Source: the human T2T-CHM13v2.0 reference genome, Homo sapiens. Taken from it: a stretch of 64,000 nt of DNA. The notes beneath the pieces are model-generated. The model worked only from the letters and a program-made list of their open reading frames with translations. It had not been told where the DNA came from and searched no databases. Of the stretch, positions 25,960 to 41,990 are shown piece by piece; the first letter of the stretch is position 1; each line of letters opens with the position of its first letter. The stretch lies in NCBI RefSeq assembly GCF_009914755.1, contig NC_060942.1; one strand, 5' to 3'. The position numbers were made by a program, and so were the translations under genes.

Positions 25960-26665
25960 CAAGTAAGCTACTATATTTCTTTTCTGTCATGTGCCATTGA
26001 TTAATTTTGTGCCAGAAATGTATTTTTTGGCTTCTGTAGACTCATAGGTTAGTGTAATTTTCTGTCCTTACTCATCAAAAAGTTTGTGATGAAGCTGATT
26101 CTTCCCAATGATCTTTAAAATAGCTTTGTCAAGTTCTAAGAGCAATACTCTTGAGGGTATTGGTTGGAATCATAATTAATTTATAAGCAACTCTGCAGAA
26201 AATTTTTATTGTGCCAAGTTTTCTCATCAGACAAAATTGTTTTGTCTTCCACTTAGGTGGATGTTTTTATGCCTGTAGTAAAATGTAGTAATATGCTTTA
26301 TATGGGTCCTGAGCATTTCTATTTAAATTGAATTCTAGACATTTTATATACTTTTTGCTTGTATTAGAGAATATCTCTATATTTTGCACTTTTTGCTAGT
26401 ATATGAACAAGTATTATTGACGCTTAATTGTACAATTTCCCATTAATACACATCTATATTAATGATTCAATTGATTTTCTTGCATTTTCTATATAGACAG
26501 TAATTTACATATAAAATGATAATTTCTATCACTTTCTTCTCAATATTTGTATCAGATATGTAATTTCATTTACTTTTTACCATTACCAAATGTCAGTAAA
26601 ATGCTAAATAGTAATGGCAATAGAATTCATCCTTGTTTTTTCTTGGTTTTACATGAAAACTTCTA
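25960..26665 (-). mobile_element. Old L1M ORF2 fragment
   Basis: ttggttggaatcataattaatttata; atgctaaatagtaatggcaatagaattcatccttgtttt. Confidence 0.6.
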
Positions 26666-26918
26666 CTTACCTAAGTTATGTGTATCTGCATCTTAATTTC
26701 TTTAACGGTAAAATGAAGATAATAATGGTACCTAATACACATGCTTATATGAGGATTAAATGAGATAATTACATATTCATTGGTAAAATGTGTGTCTTGA
26801 CCTGCTTGGAATCCAAATAGTAGAGATATTTCTAGTATAAAACAAAGATTCAAAGATATAAAACGTATGCTGGAAAAGATCAGAATCTTGAAGAACAGAT
26901 TCAGGAGAGCTAACATAC

Positions 26919-27795
<877 letters not shown>

Positions 27796-28250
27796 CATGT
27801 GAAAAATAGGAATTCCAGAGAAGAAAAACAAAGAGGAGGAATAATGAAAATAACATTGTTACTAGAAAAATATTTTCCTGAACTGCAATGTTGAGTTAGC
27901 AGATGAAAAGGACTCATTGAGTTTTAGCACATTCTATGACGAATTTTTGTGGTGAAATCTTGAAATACAAAGAAAACAGGGACATGAAAAACCTCCATGA
28001 AAAAAGGAGTAAGTTACTTACAAAATAAAATGATTAAGACTGCCACCATGTTTCTAATCTTTAACATTAGAAAATGGTAGAACAAAACCCTACTGACTCC
28101 TGAGGCAAATAGACTGGAACTTGAGACTCCTACATTCAAACACTTTAGAGTAAGAGAAAGACATCTGTAGAAGCACAATTTGGAGAGAATACAATTAAAC
28201 CATTCAAGAGGAAGAGGACCTTAACAAACAACAATGGATCCAAAAAATGA
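27796..28250 (+). mobile_element. Old L1M ORF1-like remnant (continues from about 26820-26918)
   Basis: aataggaattccagagaag; gaaaaatattttcctgaactg; gattaagactgccacc. Confidence 0.45.
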
Positions 28251-28518
28251 ACACAACAGGAAGGAAAATGCAAAGAAGTGGAAAGGAAATATTTATTAGT
28301 AAAGGAAATATGTATTAGAATATATTTTACATATTAAGTTAATTTAACTCCAGTGGATAATGGTAGATTAACTAGGAATGCCTAAGTGTTTCTTCAGGCC
28401 TCTTGAAATAGAACACCCCAGAAGAGGTTAATCCACTGCCTGTATCCCAACTCACCAGAGGAGTTTTTAGAACAGTTTAAAATGTGAAGAAAAAGAGTTC
28501 AAAAATGTATGAATTCAA

Positions 28519-28746
28519 GCTGGGCACAGTGGCTCATGTCTCTAATTCCAGCAATTTGGGAGGCTGAAGCAGACTGTGTAACATGGTGAAACCCCATGTC
28601 TACAAAAAATACCAAAAAAATTAGCCGGGCATGGTGACATGTGCCTGTAGTCCCAGCTACTCAGGAGGCTGATGTGGGAGGATCCCTTGAGCTCAGGAGG
28701 TCGAGGCTGCCATAAGCAGAGCGATGGGGCTAGATTCTGTCTTAAA
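28519..28746 (+). mobile_element. AluJ-type element with internal deletions in both arms
   Basis: gctgggcacagtggctca...ggaggctgaagcaga|ctgtgtaacatggtg; ggaggatcccttgagctcaggaggtcgaggctgc. Confidence 0.85.
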
Positions 28747-29439
28747 AGTATATAAAGTCAGCCGTAAAATATTTATATATTAATCACAGTTTTATTTGAT
28801 TTGCTCAAAATGTAACAATTGAAATTATAGAGAACTATGAAAATAGAGTCACATGCTCCAAACTTCTACCTACCAAAGAAAATATCTTAATATACGAACA
28901 CATACATTTATGCCTGTGTGGATTTGCACATACAAATTCCTACATATGAATTATAGTAATTTATGCCTCTAAAGCTACTACATATCACAAACATATTTTA
29001 TACACACAAATGCACACATACAGAGATACAATTATCTTATATCCTTAAAGTATGTTCTATGTGAAAACAAGGCAACCCGATCTGAAATATCTATTTAATA
29101 GGTTTTTAAATATTATTTCATCTTCAGCAATAAATGATAAAATCACTCTGGCCAAATTGGTAGCTATTAGCCGCTACTAAGGGCCGCTTGGGGTTCCTCA
29201 GATCACCTACCTTAGATGCCTCTGCATAATCTAGCAGATCCCTGGTTGTACATTTGCTTTTAAGGGTCAATGTGACAAGACTACAATTAAATGTTATGTA
29301 TTTTTCCATTGGCATTTAATAGTAAAATCTTTTGTGTTTAATGTCTGTGTTTTCATTAATTTTTTGCTGACATAAGTTCTAGATTCAACCGTAATAAAGA
29401 TTAACTTATTAGAGTTAGTTATAGGTTAATATTAGGGCT

Positions 29440-29625
29440 AAAAAGGATTTAGAAGCCATGTAGCCAAACATTCTCATTTTACAGATGAGAAAACTGAGTC
29501 AGAGATAGTCGACGGTAATTACATACAAAAGTCCACATAGGAACTAGAGGCCCAAAAAAAAAAAAAAAAAAAAAGGCTCAACCATGAGCTTCTAACTCTC
29601 AGTTCAATGTTATTTTCCATTATTC
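29440..29625 (-). mobile_element. MIR fragment containing an A-run
   Basis: ctcattttacagatgagaaaactgag core. Confidence 0.6.
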
Positions 29626-29769
29626 AAATTAGTATGTAATAATCAATGAAGAATTAGTAAACAAAATTATAAAAAAGTAAAATTTATGAGATGTCAAATG
29701 AACTCAAAGCCAAAATTTCCTTTAAATAATTGTAGAGTGCCAAATCAAGTCATGTCTTAGGCATTCAGG

Positions 29770-29957
29770 CGAAGTGTTTCTAAACTGCGTTCAAAAGATT
29801 CATTTGAAATGCTTATTAAATCCACAGATTTGGGGGGCCTAAATGAACACATTAAATCAGAGTTTCCATGAAAAACTTGATATTTCGTGACTGATAATCT
29901 GCATATTTAGTCAATGCCCCAGCTTGTTCCTATCATCAGATAAATTTGAAAACCCTG
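29770..29957. mobile_element. MER5-type hAT MITE
   Basis: agtgtttctaaactg...cttattaaatccacagatt...aatctgcatattta...tttgaaaaccctg. Confidence 0.55.
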
Positions 29958-32094
29958 TGATAGACAGCAGCTATAGCCAAATAATAGCGTATTTTGGTAG
30001 CAATGAAGCGAAGGAGGATCTATGTTCATAGCTTTGCCATTGAGAGCAGGTAGATTTGATGAGATTGAGTGATCAGTCACATTGCCCACAACATTAGGAG
30101 AGGCAGAATCACTGTATTCTTTTCATTATAAATTACTTTTCCGTTATTTGTGTTGTGATTTCTTGACAATCCTATAACCACAATGAACTCTAAGGAAGGT
30201 ATTATTTAAAAATTTTTGTAGGCTAATGGTTGCTTAATAGAAGTAAACAAGATTGATGAACTCAAGAATCAACTCATTGGAAGTACTATTTCCTTAAGAA
30301 TAATCTGTTAAATATTCTTTACTTGAAAACAAAACATTGAGGAGAAAAATCATTTTTAATAAGGTAAAAGTAAGCATGCTTTAGAACTCCCCAGACAAGC
30401 AAATAAAGGAAATTTCAAGAAAAGAGTGTCAAAACAAATTTTTAAAAAAAGTTTTAGTTTGGCTGTTGACCCAGAGTTCATAATTTTTTTGTTGTTGTTT
30501 TTTTTACTGCTGTCATCTGTATGCCCTCTGAAGTTTATACATAATTTCTTTGTAACATGCACAGGGGCATTTTTTCCTCCATGTAGGAAAAACTCCACCT
30601 CAAAGGAGGTCATACCCCCAAATGGCTAAGAAATATTACAATACAGGGGAAAAATTAACATAGTGCAGAAAAAAGTTCTAAGTAAAGGATAATGTTTTAG
30701 AAATGCAGTTAAATCCATTCAAACTATTGTTTGTGAAACATGTTCCAATATATTGACATTTCTTTCCTTAATGATGCATGTCAGAAACCTGCAGTTCTAA
30801 GCTGACTTGTATTCTCATTACCTGAGAGCAATTGCTGTTGTCAAATACAGAATACATTGACGGTTAAGGAAAAAGAGAGCAATTTCTATTCATGTAAAGT
30901 ATAAATTTATATGAATAAACATTACTATAATTAAATTTCACACATGGTTATAATAAATAACAGTTGGAAATCTCAGAGTAAATAACTAATTTTCTATTCT
31001 GTACACTCCTCAATGTATCACAAAAATCAGTTTTTTGATTTTAAAACTGCTTGGTCTATTTTGTCCAAGCTGGTTGCTTCTATAAACAACATTTACTAGA
31101 CAATGAGGCAAATAGTTTCATAAAAAAGGAAGACAAAATATTTTAAAAAGCAAGGACATAGGTAAACTTCTACAATTTTCACACAAGGATAAAAATAAGT
31201 AAAATTGGATTTTCTTTCTGTTTTAATATGAATATAATATTGAGTAAATTATTGGTGTCTTAGTTCTCTACCACTCCCCCAGTTAGGAATCACTATCACA
31301 ACTTGTGTGAACTTGTTCACAAAAGTGTAAAAGGAAATACAAATGTATTGTCATATTATAACACTTGCCTTAAAAATACAAATGTATATTATGACATATG
31401 ACTATGAATCAGTGATTCTACTGGAAAAAAATTTATTTCTTAGCATCACTTTAGATTCCACTTTTTTTACTTCCCTGAAATTTAAGTAATATATCTTTCT
31501 CCTGTCACTAAAAATAAATATATTTTTTCAATAAATATTTATTGATGTTAATTATTATAAAGAAAAGAATAAACACAAACTTTTTCTTGACTCACAGGGA
31601 CTCAGGGGAGAAAAAACATGGCTACTTCCTTCCTATATACCTACCACATTTTCTTTTCATGAAACATTTCTAATGCTACATGTAAGGTATATAATCACTG
31701 CTAATACTATATGAAAAGTACACAATCTGTTGAATTCAAAACTCAAACTGAATTGAATAAACTTTGCCACAAAATACATAGATACAAATCCATTTGGGAA
31801 CCTGACTGAGAGAAAAATAGGACAATATTTTATTTAAAGAAAATATCCTTTTTAGTAAAGAATTTCTTTTTGTGGCCCAACAACAGATAATCTTTTATTC
31901 ATTTATGTTTTATGAATGTGTACTTTGCTTCCAGCTCATTTTTAAAACATGGAATTCTTTGTTATGCTATAGTAAATGTAGATTGGGAAAGAATGATATT
32001 TACATGGAATTTAATGAGAAGTGGAATCCTACTGATACTCTAAATTGTAAAAATAAAACAGAAAGCTTAAGATATAAAATATTATCACTATTGA

Positions 32095-33700
<1,606 letters not shown>

Positions 33701-33702
33701 GA

Positions 33703-35987
33703 TGGGGGTTGGCAGACAATGGCCTGCGGGCCAAATCCAGCCCTCTGTCTGTTTTGTATGACTTGCAATGTTAAGAATGAATTTTGCATTTTTAAGGAGT
33801 TGAAAAACTAAAAGAATAACAGTTGTGACATATGAAAACTATTTGAAATTGAAATTTCAGCACTCATAATTAAAATTACATTGTAACACAGCCATGTCAT
33901 CCATTTATCAACTTTGGCTGTTTTCATACCACAACAGCAGAGCTGAGTCATTACAATAGAGACTCCGTTTAGCATTCTCATTGCTTTGCACTGCTCTTCA
34001 GTGCGCTGTACACAGTGATGTAGCTGAAACATGACAGCATTTTGAGAAAATGTACAGTGTTATGTTGTAAAATTTTATTTTTGCATACCCCTCATATCAA
34101 AATAAGTGAAGAAAACGTGGACATTGAATTTTGTGCATTTAAGGCACATTGGAGTGTGAATTATCTTAGTATTAAATTAGATGGAAATATATTGTGTTTT
34201 ACTATTCATTGGTACTACAGCTGTGCTTAAAAATGCAATATACAGTAACATTACCAGACTAAGCACTTATCATATTACTAACTCACAGGAAAGCAGCCTT
34301 CCTGTGAGAACTGAAAAATTAAAACTTACAAAAGAAACATCTCATCATAGCAGAATTTATTCACAAAAGTAAAAAATAAAAATGTAGCTGAAAACAAGAT
34401 TATTGGCTCATTTGTTAGCTGAGAAGGAAAACTGTTGCTGGTGGTGAGTTAATTAAATTAATTTTGATTGCATCAGCTGAATAAATATGTTCAGAGAAAT
34501 TGAACTAGCTAATGACAATCTTTTGGCAAGAATAGTTTTTCACAGAGCTTAAAACACTGGGAGCAACAAGAATAATTAAAAAGCACAGCAGATAATTTGG
34601 AGTGATTTTTCTCGGCTCTTAATGATTTAGCAGATATACCGATATTGTTCTGCTGTTAATTTGAACTAATTGTTAAATTTAAAGTGACTGAAAAATTAGC
34701 TTCTATGAATAGTCTGCATGAAATAATTATAAAGGAACGTATTTTCAAAGAAGTTAAAAAAATGGATTTCAATACAACCTGAAGTGGAATCCGCTAAGAA
34801 GTGTTCAAACAGATGGTAGTAAAAACAGCTATGGAGCAGGAAAATGCTTAGCTGGACAAATTAAAAAGTGTGTAATATTGTAAGCTGCTGAAACACTGTG
34901 GCTATTAATTGCATTATTTATCAACAGATTTCCAGGCATAAATTTTTGAACTATAATGTATTATTAAACCAGTGTTGTCAATGGTGAATTTCCTTTCCTC
35001 TCAGGGACTTGATAGTTATCACTTTCACAAATTTTTATCAGAAATAGAAGCAGAATACCCTGACACGTCCTATCATGCCATGGTCGAATAGCTTAGCAGT
35101 AGGAAAGTTTTATTATGATATTATTTTGTTTTTAGCTTGGGCTTGAGATTAAATTTTTTTCTGCCTGCAAAAAATTTCCCTCAGTCTCTATCACCAAATA
35201 CTGACTGGCTTTAGAAATTAGATTTTGCAACAGACTTAATTATCATAATTATCTTAGAAATTAGATTTTGCTACAGATTTAATGATCATAATTAGGTATC
35301 TTAATTATCTTAAGTACAGAATTAAGATCTCACATTCCCATACAAATTGGCAGTAGATATATTTTTTTAGCTCAAACTACAATTTCAGCAGCATTTTTCA
35401 GATTTTGATTTAGATGAAAAAGAAATGATCAGATTTTGACATCATTTTGTGTAGTGGAGAAGTTTCCACCAAATTGTTGATTGGAAGTGATTGATTTGCT
35501 ATCTAATCAAATGCTGAAATGAAAATATCAGGAGAAGAACCTAATGAAATTTTATAAATTCCTTTTAAGTGATGAGTGTGCCCAATTAAAATCACATGCT
35601 AGTGGAGTGATATCAGTATGCTTTTCACACATAAGTATGCGTGAAAAGACATTTTCAAAGATGAAATACACAAAATCTCCTTATATATCACTCTATGATG
35701 AACATTTACAATTGATTGTGGAGATAGGAAACATAAAGGAGCTCAACTGATCAAAATGTTATGCCTCCCCAAAATAATTTCATTCTTCACAGTGGTAGAC
35801 CTTATTACAAAACATCACACTCAATTATGATTATCATATTTTAAATTTTGTCAATTAAAATTTGTAGAAATTTGCTTCCTCTCGTTATGTAAGTACTTAT
35901 ATAATATCCTTGGTTTTTACCTCTTAGTCTATAATGATACAAAATATTTCCTCTTTGGCTCTTTACAAAAATGTTTGCTGATCCCAT
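33703..35987 (+). mobile_element. About 2.3 kb hAT-Charlie-family DNA transposon fossil with MER58-type ends (Cheshire-like)
   Basis: Degenerate TIRs tgggggttggcagac / gtttgctgatcccat; ggcctgcgggccaaatccagcc subterminal motif; internal transposase remnants. Confidence 0.85.
34095..35750 (+). pseudogene. Decayed hAT transposase (GTF2IRD2/EPM2AIP1-like)
   Basis: Motifs occur in the expected order across frameshifts: VDIEFCAFKAHWSVNY...LC (BED-finger-like start); FSAL-N-D (about 34605, cf. FSLALDE); TDGSKN (about 34810); CIIYQ (about 34910, cf. HCIIHQ); YHAMVE*LSSRKVL (about 35070, cf. RWLSRGKVL); EKTFSKMKYTKS...DEHL (dimerisation region). Confidence 0.82.
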
Positions 35988-38900
35988 TATGTATATCTAA
36001 TATACATAATAGATAATTTTAGGAACTTTTCTTTTAAAATTATCTCCCCTTTTCATTTCTGGCTGTGTTTCTACAGCTATTTTTTGTTGTTTACGGACAT
36101 ATTTTCTGGTTTCTTTGTATGCCTAGTAACTTTTATTTATATGCCAGATCTTCTGATTTTTGCATTTTGAAGTGCTGGTTTTTACTACAGTCTTTTAAAG
36201 ATTGTTTGATTTCATTATGTAATGCAGTTCAGTTTGATTCATTAATGGCTTTTTTAAACCTATCATTTAGGTCAATGATAGCTTTCATTGTGGGCCTAAT
36301 CTATTTTCCCTTCAGTGAGCTGTACACAGATTTCTTTCTACTCTGGCTGTGAACACAGATTATTTCCATCCCTGTGTGAGTTTCACAAATTGTCAGTCTT
36401 TTTTTTTTCCAGGTGGTTCTTTCTCCAGACTTCAAGGAGTTGTGCTCCATGATCTTCACAGATGCAGACTAGCACTGAACCAAAGACTTGAGAACCCTCT
36501 TTTGATGTTCTTTTGAGTTCTCTGTACAGCATTCTTTGCAGTTTCTCTGCTTCACAGACTTAAGCTGCCTTGGTTTCCTCGAACTCTAATTTCTGTTTCC
36601 TTAACTCACAAAGACCACAGGGCCCTGTTTCAGTTTTCTCACCCTGCTGTAGCTTGGAAACTGCCTCAAGACGTTTTGTTTTTATCGCTGGTGTCACAGT
36701 CTTGTCTGTCTGTTGTCCAGTGTCCAAAAAGATTGTTTTATATATTTTGACTAATATTCCAGTTGTGTATAGGAAAGGCAACTTCTGCAGCAGTCATCTC
36801 TTCATTTGCTGAAGCAGATATTTTTCATAGTTTCATTTTGACCGTAAAAAAAAAATCTCAGAATTCTTGGGCACTTGAAGTGTCCAAAAAATGTGATCTT
36901 ATTTTTCTTCTGTTGAACCCCTAGGGGATTCAATAATTAGGATCTAGTTTTTATATTAATCTCTCAATTTGGCAGCTTTACCACCACTCAAACAGTGCAA
37001 ACTTGCAGTTTCATTCATGAATGATGTGGTTCCAAATTGCTTTTTGTAATATTTTTTTTCTTCTTCGTCAAAGAAAAGGAACAGCTTGCTTTCTTGTTTC
37101 TTCTCTGGGAAGATGGATGGTGTTTTTCTAATCCCTTTATCACATAGAAAGCAGCTTTTTATGGCACCATGCTTTATTCTATAGATTCAATCCAATCGTT
37201 TCTAACTCCAGTGGGAAAAGGCAATGCCTCTTTTCCTTAGGAGACTACTAAAACCCTTCCCCCAAAACTCTGATTGGGTCAGAACCTTTTAGATTTGTCC
37301 CTGGCTGCCATGTGCTGATGTGGCTTCATTTTTTAGCTTAATTTTCTCTAATCTTTTCTAGCCCGTGAGAATTTTGCTTTTTAAATTCCCTAGCCACTTT
37401 TATCTAATCTGAATTTTGTCTCATATTTTAAGTGTATTTGTTACTGTTGTTTATCCAGCATTTCTGTATGATTTACATGTATGAATGAATATATGTAGCT
37501 AGAGGAATCTTCCAACAACTAACTATGGGCTGTGAATAGATTACTTAGTACCTCTTTTTCTTTTTTGTAAAATGATGAGCTTATAATAGATGACATCTGA
37601 AGCCCTTCTGGTTTTTAGATTGTGTCTATGAAGTTAGCTTTTTTTTTTTTGAGTTTGCCTGTTCAAAATGACAGCAGTAACAATTTATCAATGAATATGT
37701 GTGTATATATATGTACTTAAATATGATTAAGTACAGATATATCATGCATGACCTCATTGGATCATGAAGCCAGACTTAATTGGATATTTGTCAGACAACA
37801 ATTATGTAGCTACAGACTGTGAAGCAACAAATTGAATATAATGAATTATTTCAGGGAATCAAGTCCCAAAATTTTCACTTATATAAATGCTTCATATAAT
37901 CAATTATTTTAAAAAACCAATAACAAATAACTCATGTGTAAGAATGAATTATTTGTAATAGCAAAATGTCCCAAAACACAGAAAATAAGTAATTTCCATG
38001 AAGTTGCCAGCAACTGTAATAGAACACATTTCTTAAGTCACAGTAAAATTGTCTTCTTTAATTCATGAACTTTTTTCTTCCATTAGAAAAGAAATGTAGT
38101 TATACCTGCTCAGTGAAAAAGAACCTGTGAAATAACAAGAATTTCTTACTTTCAGTGGTAGCATTAAGGTTAGTGAAGTGTAGAATTTGAGTACATGAAG
38201 CATTGGGCTGTGATGCTAAAATTTTTTAAATCTGATTTTACACACAACAAAGAGGGATAAAATTAAATTGAACAGGTAAATACGGATGCAGGCTCTCTGC
38301 ACTCTGTACAAAGTCAACTAACATGGTACGGGGTGGATCAATTGTAAGTTCTTTAATAATGGGCAGTTCACTATTTGTTTTCATACGAATCTGAAGGTAT
38401 TTTCAAGCATGCTTTGTAAAGCAAAAGTAAAAGAAGATTTCAGCTTGCACACTGGAAAAAAAAAGTGGAGTTGAGTCAACCATTGATGAGAAGGGATGAA
38501 TGACACAGTTAAATGAAGGTACAACATGCAATAGAGCAGTCCTTCCTTGCCAATGTGTTTGTACATTGTTTACCATAAAGGAACCAGTTTCTTGCTTTGA
38601 AGAAATTCATGATCTCAGGAGGTCAGTGAGAACAATGAGCATGTCTCTGTGATCTCCTTATGTGAAGTCATTACCAAAGTTACATGAACATAGTGCATCA
38701 TGGTGGATGGGAGCAAAGTCTTCCTTAAAAACCTCTCTTTACTTACTTGGTAGAAGAATATGAGTATTTTACCTTGTCCCTGAGTTAGCACTTCCCAGAC
38801 ATGCCTGACTTGAGACACAATATGCTAGATATGTGTATTTTGGCAGAGGTATTGACAATGACCTAATGTCTGTTTTCAGACAAGGAAGCTCTCATTGAAC

Positions 38901-40217
38901 TATTTTGTGGGTTAAACACAATTAGACATCTGAGTGTTTCGCAAAAGTACCAATGAGAAGCACAGTATTACCTAGGTTTTCATTGAATACATATATAATA
39001 ATATCATGATTTTTAATTATTGCCTCCTCCCTAAACACAGAATAGTAGTGAGAGCTGTCCATATTGTAATCACAGCAGCACTGGTTTATGGCACTTTTAC
39101 AAATGTTTGGTATGGCAGAATCGCATGGTGGACTACATTTCAGAAGTATTATAATCTAACCTTTCACAAACTACAATATCCTTATTAGGTGGTAATGGAT
39201 CATTAACTACTATTGGATCCTTGTTTCAGGAAATTAATTGCTATACCAATTTCCTGATTAATTGTTTAGACACTTCTAAGTTTCTAAGTCAAGTTTCTTA
39301 CCTTGAAATGAAATAAGTCTCCTAAATTATTTTTCTCAGTTCCATCCTCTGGAGCCAGAATATACCTAAGCCCTTGTTTTTCATGAGAACCCTTTAAGTA
39401 CTATAACTGAAAATCGCAATTATGTTCCTCTTATCTCCAGGATAAAGAGCACACATACATACACAGCACACCCATACATTCTAGACCACAGTACCAGTCT
39501 TTAGAAAAATATTGCATTTAATTTGTTCTGGACCTACTAATATCACTGTTTCTGATCCATGTGGAGTATAATGAAATACTAAATCCATTAATCTGGACAC
39601 TTGGTATCTATCTACTCAATAAAAAAATGTGTCAGACCATTGATTTCTTGAGTCAGAAATCATATCTTTTTCATGTAGGTCTCAAATGTGCTCTATAATA
39701 GATATTGCATAAATTAAAAATGATTTCCTGTGAATTGCTGGCTTTTTACGAGCTCATATAAATTTTATGCCCACATAAATTTTATGTTGACATAAATTTG
39801 TGTTAATTAATACTGACAAGTTACTTTTTATGTTAGGTCACTGTTTGTTTCCATTGGTGACTGTAATCCACTCAAGACTATCATAGGGCAAACACATTTC
39901 CTGTCTTCTGTCGTTGTAAACAGCCTTACATAAAGTCTGCATCATCTGTAGATACAGCAGTTCCAGGAGTTCCAATGATGTAAGAGGGCTCACAACTTCT
40001 CTGTCTATCATTCTCTTAGGACTATTCCGAATGATAAAGTTAGTGGTCCTGATTTTTGTTTGTCATTCTTTAGCTATGTCCTATCTCACTGATTTTTCAT
40101 CCCTCTGACAAAGTCTTTGCCTTCCCTGCAGCCTGCTGCAAACAAAAATATGACGAAAAGAGGCATTAAAACACATTTTAAAGAAAGATTTAGTTCCATA
40201 AAGAAGGCTGTTTTAGG

Positions 40218-40497
40218 TGTCATGGTCTTAAGTCAAGTTGACTGAGCTATAGCATCCAATTATTTAATTAAAACACTAAACTAGTTGTTGTTGCTGTGAA
40301 GGTCTTTTGCAGATATAGTTAACATCTACAATCAGTTGACTGTTAAGTTAAGGGCCTCATCCCTTTGCAGGTGGCCCTCATCTGCTCAGCTGAAGGTTTT
40401 ATGAGCAAAAACTGAGGTCTCCCAAAGAAGAAGCTCTGCCTCAGGACTGCAACATTAATTTCTGCCTGAGTTTGTCTGGAGAACCCTGACTCATACA
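40218..40497 (+). mobile_element. MLT2 (ERVL) LTR, internally deleted
   Basis: gtcaagttgactgagcta; ttaacatctacaatcagttgact; tctggagaaccctgactcataca end. Confidence 0.75.
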
Positions 40498-40615
40498 GAG
40501 GGTCTTAGTAGAGTTGTGGAAGAGAACTAGCCCATGCAGTTCTTGATCATGTGACTTTTGATTAGTTTTGTCTAGAAAAAGCTATTTAAATAGACTTTGA
40601 TAATTTAAAAATAGC

Positions 40616-41399
40616 CTCATCATCACTTGTCATTAGAGAAATGCAAATCAAAATCACAGTGAGATACCATCTCACAACAGTCAGAATGGCGATTATTAAA
40701 AAGTCAGGAAACAACGGATGCTGGCGAGGATGTGGAGAAATAGGAATGCTTTTGCCCTATTGGTGGGAGTGTAAATTATTTCAACCATTGTGGAAGACAG
40801 TGTGGTGATTCCTCAAGGATCTAGAACTAGAAATATCATTTGACCCAAGAATCTCATTACTGGGTATATACCCAAAGGATTATAAATCATTTTACTATAA
40901 AGACACATGCACACAAATGTTTGTTTATTGCATCACTATTTACAATAGTAAAGACTTGGAACCAACCCAAATGCCCATCAATGATAGACTGGATAAAGAA
41001 AATGTGGCACATATACACCATGGAATACTACGCAGTCATAAAAAAGAATGAGATCATGTCCTTTGCAGGGACATGGATGAAGCTGGAAGCCATCATTCTC
41101 AGTAAACTACCACAGAAACAGAAAACCAAACACCACATGTTCTCACTCATAAGTGGGAGCTGAATGATGAGAACACATGGACACAGGGAGGGGAACATCA
41201 CACACCAAGGCTTGTTGGGTGTGGGGGACAAGGGGAGGGAGAGCGTTAGGACAAATACCTAATGAATGTGGGGCTTAAAAACTAGATGACAGGTTGATAG
41301 GCGCAGCAAACCATTATGGCACATGTATAACTATGTAAGAAACCTGCACGTTCTGCACATGTATCCCAGAACTTAACATAAAATTAAAATTAAAACAAA
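40616..41399 (+). mobile_element. 5'-truncated L1PA (about PA7/8) 3' end
   Basis: cattagagaaatgcaaatcaaaa...; [19 protein letters not shown]; 3' UTR and A-rich tail. Confidence 0.93.
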
Positions 41400-41429
41400 C
41401 CAGCCTGTGATATTTATAAATGTATGTTA

Positions 41430-41990
41430 ACAAAAAACTCCAGCGCATGAAAGCTCCTAGCAGCTTTATTCATAACAGCTCCAAGCTGGAAACAACCTAG
41501 ATGTCTTTCAAGGGAGGGATGGTTAAACAAACGGTGGTGCATCCCTACAGTGGGAATACAACTCAGCAATGAACAGTGGTGGGCTATTCATACACACAGC
41601 CACTGGATGAATCTCCAGGAAACTATGCTGAGTGAAAAAACTTAGTTCCAAAAGGTGTATATGATACCATTTATAAAGCATCCTTGAAACAATGATATTA
41701 AATAAATGGAAAGTACATTAATGGTTGCCAAGTGTTGAGGCAAAAATGATGCAGTGGGAGAAGGGAAGTAGGTGTGGCTGTGTAATAGCTATAGGAAGAA
41801 ACCTCGTGGTAATGAAAATGCTCTGTAAATGGACTGTATTAATGTCAATATCCTGGTTGATATATTGCGCTATAGTTATGCAAGATGTTACCACTGTGGA
41901 AAAAGTAAGTGAAAGAAATATGGGGCCTTTCTGTAGTATTTTTAACAAGTGTATGTAAATCTGTAATTATGTTAAAAATATTTTTAAAAA
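41430..41990 (+). mobile_element. L1MC-type 3' UTR fragment
   Basis: cagcagctttattcataacagc...ggaaacaacc; ctatgctgagtgaaaaaa; tgcaagatgttaccactg. Confidence 0.75.

Noticed and set aside
28283-28320. 19-bp tandem duplication aaaggaaatat(t/g)tattag
   Set aside because: Ordinary slippage duplication.
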